DNA of 64,000 bases from the human T2T-CHM13v2.0 reference genome, Homo sapiens, in NCBI RefSeq assembly GCF_009914755.1, contig NC_060933.1, one strand, 5' to 3'. Position 1 is the first letter of the stretch. The number at the start of each line of letters is the position of its first letter. The notes beneath the pieces are model-generated. The model saw nothing but the letters and a program-made list of their open reading frames with translations, had not been told where the DNA came from and did not search any database. Position numbers and translations under genes: made by a program. Below, piece after piece: positions 54,566 to 64,000 of the stretch.

Positions 54566-55709
54566 AGAATTGTTATATCCTCTTGCTGAAATGATCCCTT
54601 TATCCTTATATAATAACTTTCTTTGTCCTTTTTTATACTGTTTTTGATTCAAAGTTTGTTTTATCTAATATAAGTAAAGCTACTTCTGCTCATTACTGGT
54701 TTTCATTTGTGTGGAATATCTTTTTCCATTCTTTTACTTTTAGTCTGTATGTGTCTTTACAGGTAAATTTTCTTTCTTGTAGGTAGCATATAGTTGGGTT
54801 GTGTATTTTTTTTTTTTTAATTCATTCAGCTAGTCTATATCTTCTAAGTGGAGAATTTAATTCATTTGCATTCAAGGTTATTATTCCTATGTGAGGTTTT
54901 GTTCTTGTCATATTGTTTATTGGTTTCTGGTTGTTCTGTATATCATTTATTCCTTTCATTTTCTTTTATTTTTTGCCTTTGTGGTTTAGTGGTTTTCTAT
55001 AGTGGTACCATTTGGATCTTTTCATCATTTGTGTTTTTGCTTTAACAGTGAGTTTTAGACTTTAATGTGTTTTCACGATGGTAACTCTTGTCCTTTCTCT
55101 GCCAGGTTCAGTACTCTCTTGAGCATTTCTTCCCTGGTCTAGTGCTAATCAATTCTCTCAACCTTTGTTTGTTTGAAAATACTTTATTTCTTCTTCATTT
55201 ATGAAAGATTATTTTGCTGGTTATAGTATCCTTGGGTGGCAGTTTGTTTTCTTTCAGTACTTTGAATATGTAATTCTATTATCTCCTGGCTTATATAGTT
55301 TCTGCTGAGAATTCTGCTGTTAGTCTGATGGGGGTTTCTTTATAGGTGACTAGGTGCTTTTCTCTTGCTGTTTTTTTTTTCTCTCTCTCTCCTCTTTTCA
55401 TTTCCCTATTGTCCCACTAGAGGATCTTGCTGTTTTTAGAATTCTCTTTTTCTTTGATTTTAGACAGTTTGACTATAATGTGCCACAGAGAAGAACTTTT
55501 TGCATTTTATCTGTTTGGGAATCACTGGGCCTTTTGTGTCTGGATGTTTAAATCTCTTGATAAACTTGGGAAGTTTTCATCTATTATTTTATTAAAAAGG
55601 CTATTGAACTCTTCTTTGGTCTCTTTGCTGTCTGGAGAAGTGATAATTTATTTATTTGGTTACTTTATGGTGAACCATGTATCACAAAGGCTTTATTCAT
55701 TCTTTTTAA

Positions 55710-56057
<348 letters not shown>

Positions 56058-58704
56058 TAAAACACCTGTCTTCAAGTTTTGACATTCTTCAGCTTGATCT
56101 AGTCAATTGTTGAAGCTTTCAAATGTGTTTTGTATTTCATTCAATGAATTCTTCAGCTCCAATATTTCTGTTTGACTCTCTTTGATGATATTTCTTTAGT
56201 ACATTTCTCATTCATATCCTGAATTATTTTTGTGATTTCTTTGTGTCACTTTTCAGAATTCTCCTGTATCTCACTGAGCTGTTTGGGTATCTAAATTTTG
56301 AGTTCTTTTCTGGGACTCCATGAATTTATTTTTGATTAGGATCTGTTGCTAGAGAATTATTGTGTTCCTTTGGAGGTGTCATATTTCCTTGCTTTTTCAT
56401 GATTGTTGTGTCTTTACATTGCTATTTGTGTATCTGGTGCATTAGTCACTTCTTCCATTTTTTGGAATTTGCTTGTGTAGGGGATGATTTTTCTTGAAGA
56501 TGTATCAATGATGTTGGTTGGGTGTGTGCAATAGTGTAGTCTCTGTATGATTTTTTTGATTATAAATAATATTGGTGGTATTTCCTCAGTGGCTTAGGGT
56601 GTGGTTATTAGTAGAGGCTGTGATGAAGTTTTCCTGGGGACTGGGATGACAGGCGGGCCAGTCTTCAGGCTTCAGTGGTGGCAGCAGAGGGCTGAGCATG
56701 CCAGTTCTTGGGCCCCAGGGTGGCGTATGCTGGCAATGGTGTTAGTGGGTCCAGGTGGGCCAATCTTAGGCATCCAGTGGCTTGCTCAGCTGCCAGTAGT
56801 GGCAGCGGTAGGCTGGTCATGTGGGTGCATTATTGGGCCCCTGGATAATTGGCGTGGTGTGGGTGATGTCAGTAACAGTGACAAGATGATCCTCTGGGTC
56901 CCAAGAGGTGCATGCTGGTGTTGGTGGTGGCTTCAATGGGCTGAGCAGGATGGTCCCCAGGCTCCTGGGTGGTGCATGTGGGTGGGTGAGTATTGTCAGT
57001 GTCATTGGCAGCATATTGGGTGGGCCCATCTTCACCCTGGAGGGAGTACACAGATGCCAGAGGTGGTAGAATGTGTGGAGTGTTCTCCAGGTCCTCAGGC
57101 AGTATGCTTGGGTTCTAGGGTTGGGGGGTGCCAGGCCGGGCAGGTCTGACCTCAGGTTCCTGGTGGTCTACAGGGGTGTCCTCAGCACTGTGCAGAGAAG
57201 AGAAGGGACTCTGCCCTCTGCACACAAATCTGAGCACAGAGGCCACACTACCACCACTCGTAGCCTTATATAGGCAGCCCTCCAGCTTGCCCACCCTAGC
57301 CCCGAATGGTAGCAACGGCAGCTGCAGCTGCAGCAGTGTGTAGAGTGGGGAAAGGGCTCCTAGTCTTTTTGTACAAGTCTAAGCACAGAGTGCACTTTGC
57401 CAGTGGGGGCTAGGGACTCACCTGCCTGAGCTCCTTGTGGCAGTAACTGCCATGGCAGTGTGTGGAAGAGGGCAATGGAGTCTACTCTCCAATTATGAGC
57501 CCGAGCACAGAGTCCATGTTGCTGCTGGGAAAAGACTGCTTTTCACCGCCTGACAGGGAGCTCTTGGGGTCTGGAAAGCACATGCTGTGGTTTCCCTTGC
57601 CAAGGGGCTGCCTCCTTGGTTTGTTGCACTGTTCTTTCCCTAGAGAGTAGTACTTCTTGTGGGACCCTGCAGAACCTTTGGGTCCAGCCCGCACTGTGCT
57701 GTTGTAGCCTTCCAAGTGGACACTGGAAGATGTCAATCAGGGCTCTAGAAATGTGGAGATATGGGGTCTGTGGTTTCCAGGGAAGGATGCTGTCTGGTGA
57801 CAGTTACGCTCTCCCAGTGGTGCTGTGCTGCAGCTGCTTGGGTCTTGGGGTTGTGAGTGATCCAGCCAGCACAAGTCATCTGTCTGCTAGAGGGCCCTTG
57901 GGCCTCTAGACTACCTGCCCGTGCTAGTGCCAGGGTTTGTGTGGATAGAGGAGCTCTCTCTTGGTCAGGATTGCAGCAGATTGTAGTGGGAATGTGACTG
58001 CTGAACATCTCTCTCTTACACTTTTTCCACAATAAGAGTTGCTCTGTGTCCCTACCAAGCTAGCCAAGCTAGCTGCTTACCTATTTCTCCTTCTGTGCCT
58101 CAGGTGTTTCCTGTGACTTCTCTGTTGAACTCCAGTGTTCACTCCTAGGTGTTCTATTTGAGGTGTGATTATCTATTCACAATTTTGGTTCTTTCTGGAG
58201 AGGGTGAGTGTTCAATGTCTGTAGTCAGCCATCTTGAAGCTAATCTATAATTTAACAAAATCTTCCCTTCTCTGCTAGTGCTCACTAATCTTTACATAGT
58301 CCCAATTTTGCTTTTTCCTCCTAAATTATCTCCTCAAGGCTTTGCCTTGCCCTGTTAGCCTCTGTGTTTGGGCAGCTGTCTCTATTCACTTGGTTTCAAA
58401 TGTCATCTGTTAACAACTTCCAAATTTATGTATCAAGCTCTGCTCTTACTCAAGCAGGATTAGATGTTGCAATTCAGCCCTGGGTGAGATAAAGGGAGTG
58501 CAGCAAAGTATAGCTAATTCTTGCCGTTGCTTACCTGGGTTTGTTGGCGGCAGGTTGCTGAGATATGTGGAGGGAACAGGCCTAAGCTTTTTCTATGTTC
58601 GAATGCTCTCTGTGCCCTAAATATGCTTGATTTGGTCTGACCAAATGAAATAAGTTTGGGGTGGCAAAGAATTGGAATAGAGGGTAGGAAAAAATCAGTT
58701 CGGT

Positions 58705-58942
58705 GCAGTGAGTCACATGAGCCTGGGAATCAGAATGCTTAGATGCAAGTCCTGACTGTACCAGACACTCACTGTGTGCTCTTGCTCAAACTTGGTGAAT
58801 AGCTCTCTGTCTCTGGTTCCTTATATGTAAAAGGGAATAAAAATAGAATCTTTTCCCTAGAGTCACCATGAGAACTAAATGAGATAATGCATGTAAAATG
58901 CTGAGGCCTGCACATAGTAAGGACTCACTAAATCTTCGCTAT
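58705..58942 (+). mobile_element. MIR SINE
   Basis: TTCCTTATATGTAAAAGGG ... TAAATGAGATAATGCATGTAAAATGCT ... CACATAGTAAG. Confidence 0.75.
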
Positions 58943-61900
58943 CTCAAGCCCTTTGGCTTGTTTTTCTCCCAAAATAGAGAAGAATGCCTTTTCCAAGAAG
59001 TCTATGACAGAAAGCAAAAGGCATTAATGTGGAAAGCTCTGTCTTTTGTGAAGCAAAATGCTAAGCCCAGGTCTGGGGCTTTGTGGCCGGGATTCATTTA
59101 TTGCTCATTATGAATAGGTTGATGAGAAGTAGGTGGGTAAAAAATGAGGGAAAAGCTTTATGATGAAGTTTATCCTGTTTTCTGGGCCTGGCTCTAGGAA
59201 AGCTGATTAAATGAGGTTGGGGCTGAACAGGGCTGCCCTACTTAAGGCTTTTGTCAGCACTTTCTTTGTAAATTCTAATTTCCAGGACCTAGAAATGGCT
59301 GTGTTGAAAATATTCTCTGAGGACTTGAGGTTGGTGTGGAATATCTTTATCAGGCACCAAATAATCCTGTCAAGTTTCAAAAGAGGAACAGAGAGAGAAA
59401 GAAAAAAAATGTTGGAAAGAGAATGAAAAATGCAGACAGGGAAAGAGAAACAAAGGAAGCAGAGAGGTGGAAAGGTTAAAGGAAAAGAGAAAAAGAGAAA
59501 AAAATTATTTTTAGGGTATCTTAGAAACTCCCCTGAAAATGGCACCTCTATCTCAGGCTTTTCTCCTTGCCCAGGCCCTCTGCTCTTATAATTAACTAGA
59601 AAGAGCTCTGCCACAGAGCTTCCTGCTGTCTGTCTGTTCCTATGGCGAGGTCCCTGCTCCCACAGGCTGACATACTCTCAGCCGCCTGCCCTTCTTCCTG
59701 TCAGTGTGTTTACTCAGCTCCTTTTCCATCAAACACTATACCAACCCGATCTCTGACTTCTTTCAAATTTTAGGCCAATGTTGGTTCCGTAAAAGGATCT
59801 TTGATGCTCTTCTTGGAGGCTACTGAGTGGGCTCAGAACTAAAGATGAGGCTTGGGCCAGAAACTACAAAGGAAAGTGAGGCCACAGTTAGTTCTATCTG
59901 AATACCAACCCCAGTAATTCCAGATTGTTAGGTTCCCTTAGCATGAGGACTCCCAATCCCTGTGGCAGAGGCTGTGGTGATGACTTGAGAGGGTTCAAGG
60001 TTGGGTTTGCCATGTCAGGGCAGGCATGTACAAAAGAGTTGTGGGTGGCCATGCCTCCACCTCTAGGAAAGGTGGAGGTTCTTACCATGCACTAAAGGGA
60101 GTCACTGCTGTCTGGCTCCCCTGCTCTGAGAACTGTGGATACAACTGTTTGTAATATATAGGGCCATATTTGGGCGCTCCCTTATTGCTTTCAATTCTTG
60201 ATCTATTCCCTCAACACTGGAAGTAATACCTGTGAAAAGGCAGCCTGAAGACTGAGTGCATGTGACTAATTTTCTCTCCCTTCTCAAACCCCATGAAAAC
60301 AATTATAGAGGAATAAAATATATATAAACCCATAAGCATAGAGAGAAGAGCAAAGGAGACAACTGCTAATGAAAACTTTCTATATATTTTAGGAAGATGG
60401 AATGTGGAGAGGGTGGCTGACTGAACAAGGTAGGGACAGTAACAACCTGAGTGTCCTCAGATGGGGGGAGCTTCAGTCAGTGCTGCAGAACTCCAGAACG
60501 TCCCAGGACCTGGAGGGAGGGATGAAGTGCAGAGTTGAAACCAGGGGCATTGAGTCTGAGAGCAGAGTGCCTGCAGACTTCCCAGTACTCTTCTCCCCTC
60601 ACCCAGCCAGGCCATCACCGCACTGGCCATGAGGTACAGAGAGGCAGGGTGTTAGCGATAAAACACAAAGCTGAAAATGGGAAAGATTTAATAAAAATAT
60701 ACACATTGAATAGAACACCATTACCCTCTCACCCCCGCCTGCCCTTTCTTACAGAGCTTGTAGAAATCTTATGTATAGGCATAAGAGTAGATCCAGCAGT
60801 GGATTGGATAATTCTTCTCTGGAAGAAATTGGGGTTATACCAAATAAAAGAGCCAGTTTTTAAGATGTTCACCCAGTATTAAGAATCACAAATTGACAAG
60901 TCTAATATACATACACAGTATATCCAATCAACTTTTAATAATTTGTTTCTAAATCTAAATGACCAAGCAAGAAATACAAGATATTTGAAGAACTCTTCCA
61001 GTATATAGTAAAGGAACCAAAACAAAAAACAGGATCTATCCACCCTCCAAGAAAAAGAGGCAATGCAGAGAGGAAAAAAAAAAGAAAATTTGCATAATCA
61101 TATTTTAAGAGAGATGAGGAAAATATCACAGTCTGGGTTCTCAGCCTTTAAAGCTGGTATCAAGGGACTCATGCGCAATGTCAACTTATCAGAATCTTGG
61201 AAGGAAGAGTAGTGATTGATGAGCACCTGCCTCTAACCCCTAACCTTTGGCCCTCAGGCTTAGGTATGCTCTAGAAAGCCAGATCAAAATATTAGCTTTA
61301 TTAATGGGGGCCCCTTAGTTGCCAAAGGCCAGGGTAAAGGCAGGTCAGAGAATGCAATGGGGACCTACTGCTAAGGTGGAATCTGGAGAAATGCTTCCAC
61401 TTGTGGGTGAGCTGGCTCTGCTGAGCAGACTGATCTGTTCCTACAGTTGATGCAGGGAGAACCACTGCTCTCCTCCCAATGTCTGCTGCTGGCAGTGTCA
61501 AGAGCTGCAGGGAAGGTAGAAAGGCTGTGGAGGACTTTCATGCACCAGATAGTGAGCTTGCCACTTCTAGAAAACCAAGAAGGAACCCTGGAAATCCTTA
61601 CTGCAGCATGCAGGGGGCAGTGTAGACAGAGGAAATGGAGATGATACCTCACTTTTGTTTCTTCCCCACACCAGTGTGTGGCTTGACGGATTGGGCTCTG
61701 CAATCGCTGGTAACTCTTTTGAGGGGAGGTATGAAAGAAGGGAGGAGAAAGAAACCATAAAGTTTTTTTTTGTCTCTTACTAACTTCCATAGACAGGGAC
61801 ATATAAACAGAATCTATGTAGATCTACAGAGGGTGGAATAAGTGCCCCTAAACAAGAACTGTGGGGTGTTATTCCTCTCTCATCAACATATAATTACATG

Positions 61901-62069
61901 TGAAGGAAATTCTATGACCAATCATTGATAGAAGAGGATGCTGGGAAGAGGATGCTGTGGACATTTTGACCCAAACAATCTGGGTGAGGAGGCTAACTCC
62001 TGGTCTCTTAACAGCAGGTGACATCATTTAGGGTAATGTCAGCATTAACAGAATAAATTACCAGAGGTA

Positions 62070-62230
62070 GGAATTAGTGTGAATTTTAGAGTCAGAAAAA
62101 CCCATTTCAATTTAAGCTCTTCCAACGTTAATAGCTTTGCGACTATGAGGAGTTCTGTGATGTCTATGGGCCTTAGTTTCCCCACGTGTAAATTGTTACT
62201 TGGAATTATTGCAAAATTTAATGGGAATTC
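62070..62230 (+). mobile_element. MIR relic
   Basis: TTTAGAGTCAGAAAAACCC ... GGGCCTTAGTTTCCCCACGTGTAAA. Confidence 0.55.
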
Positions 62231-62896
62231 ATTCACCCCATTTATTCGACAAGTGTTATTTAAGCGTTGGATTTTTTGGCACCTATCATGTGTCAGGTGC
62301 TATGCTATGGATGTAATTAAAGAACTTGGCACTATGCAGAAGTTAACAAATGGCAGTTTCTCCTTCAGAGTATTTTAGCTCTTTTAATATTCAATAGTCC
62401 TAGTCAGGGCCGCATGAATTCAGAGTCTCAGCATAGGGGAATAGGGTTGGCTCTTTGGAAAGCAGGAGAAAGTCACTGTAGATCGTCACTCACTCTCTGA
62501 CTTGCATTAAGAATGTTCTGGCAATATTTCTATCCTTCAGACCTGTCTACGTTTATTTAATTGTTCTGAACTCTGAAGCCTTCTATCAAGCAACAACCAT
62601 TTCTGCCCAGCTTGCCCAGTCCTGGCACCTCTAACCAGGGCGTATATCCATCTTGGAGACACCATTTACAGTGGCAAGAGGCCCTTCAGTGTCGTGGCCT
62701 TTGCACTGTGGACCACTGGAGTTGAGGTCACCTCTTTTCCTCAGAGCAGAAATGGTCTGATGAGGTGCTCTGAGTCATGGGTTATGCAGCTGTCTGCTTA
62801 GGACTTGACAGAACGCAGCTGAGTAAGGATGACTCGCCACTTAACGGACATTAATTACTGCTCACAGCATCCCTGTAGGTCAGAGGACAGTAGGAT

Positions 62897-62908
62897 TCTG
62901 ACGTCAGA
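62897..62908. promoter_or_regulatory. Full CRE site (TGACGTCA) inside a 12-bp palindrome TCTGACGTCAGA
   Basis: Motif seen directly with its CpG intact; function not shown. Confidence 0.35.
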
Positions 62909-64000
62909 TCTGACATGCTGTGGCTGGTGGTAGGCTGGCACTTAAATTCGATTAGGGTTGTGGTAGTTTAGCACAGCCAGAGGGACCCAGATGGAAAGTC
63001 TTGCCAAACTTCCAGGACATTCACAGTTACTTTTTTTTTCAGTGACATTTACATCATGAACTTTGGTCTTTGTTTCCCCCATCCCAACTTTGTACTCCAT
63101 TCCCACTCCACACCAATTTAAACATGTACTGCTGAGAGGTGCAGAGTCTAGTTTCTGAGCTCTGCCTTCTTTGATGGAATTAAAACCAGTACTTCTAGAG
63201 AGTGTGGGTTTATCTGAAGTCTTCACTTACCAAATCCCTGTATTGTAGCTTTGTGATGCTACTAAGTGTAGAGCAGATTAAAAAGCAAGAATAATTAATA
63301 GCATTACAAATTGGAGAAGCAAATGGCAGTCTTCTTAATGCTAACCTCTGGTTCCTGCAATAAAGCGGAAATTTGTAGGAGCTCCTACGCAGTGCATCAT
63401 TTTCAAACATCATCTCTGAAGCACTCGTTCGTTCCATTTTAGCCTACGTGGCATATGGAAGGTGTCAGCTGTGAATATTTATCGGGATTAAAATGCACTC
63501 TTAAGAGGTGAATGCTGAGGGGAAGCATCTTGTGATATTAATAGAGCACATATATGTCATCCAGAAGATGGCTGATGGGCTGGACCTCTCTCTCTACAGT
63601 AGCTGGGTAATGATTCCTTCCGGAGGTGGTGCAGAACAATGTGGATTGGAATAGCCCTGCATCATCTTCAGCTGTTTGGACTTTAGACAGTTGAATTCAA
63701 GTGCAGGTTGGGGAAAAGTTATCTGGCAGAGAAAATAAGAGGCAGGTTTTCCCTCTTGTTAAGTGAGGAGTTTAACATTGAGAAGAGAACCTTCAGTTTT
63801 GACATTGCCAGTAAGAAATGCATGGCCTCTCTCCATTTAGGTGGTAAACCCATCAAGATAAAAGAGCGCTTGTCTCAAAAAGAAGGCTGTAGAGGTGAAC
63901 ACATTCAAGTCAAAGGAAGGGTTTTCGTTTTTTACTTCATAAATGCATGAAGGTGGCATTTATGCGGGTGTCTTGGTCTTTTGAGTTTAAAACAGTTGAA

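Noticed and set aside
56601-57343. 182-aa ORF and GC-rich block resembling a promoter or exon
   Set aside because: Lies within the 5' UTR of the old L1MA-like element, is CpG-depleted, and the peptide is Trp/Gly/Cys-biased with no recognisable domain.
60220-61130. Possible old L1ME 5'/ORF1 relic on the + strand
   Set aside because: A-rich and L1-like, but too diverged for me to set boundaries or family without a profile search.
61931-61958. Small tandem duplications (GAAGAGGATGCTG x2; also CCAAGCTAG x2 at ~58055 and AGATAAACTG x2 at ~1672)
   Set aside because: Ordinary slippage duplications with no additional structure.

Overview
Primate (very likely human) non-coding DNA, roughly half interspersed repeats. 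No host protein-coding gene, rRNA, tRNA or CRISPR array can be supported. Every long ORF in the track is L1 ORF1/ORF2 debris, antisense L1, or Alu/LTR read-through. Main contents: 12 Alus (J, S and Y classes); a near full-length, inactivated L1PA5/6-like element (20140-26332, minus, 14-bp TSD) inserted into an older MLT1 LTR; an old ~8.4-kb L1MA-like element (49855-58240, minus) carrying nested MER11, THE1, two Alus and a small orphan insertion; several MaLR/ERVL solo LTRs; MADE1, MER2 and MER33 DNA transposons; MIR/L2 relics; and microsatellites. Repeat family names come from remembered consensus motifs, not a RepeatMasker run, so subfamily calls and old-element boundaries are approximate. 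I cannot support a new gene system here. The most unusual directly visible signals are (i) a MER11 solo LTR flanked by a 249-bp direct duplication instead of a short TSD, with one clipped, fold-back-repaired end, and (ii) several independent templated-insertion/fold-back scars (21660, 26971, 38352, 45820, 52256, 54523). There are also candidate enhancers and hairpins in the unique sequence.
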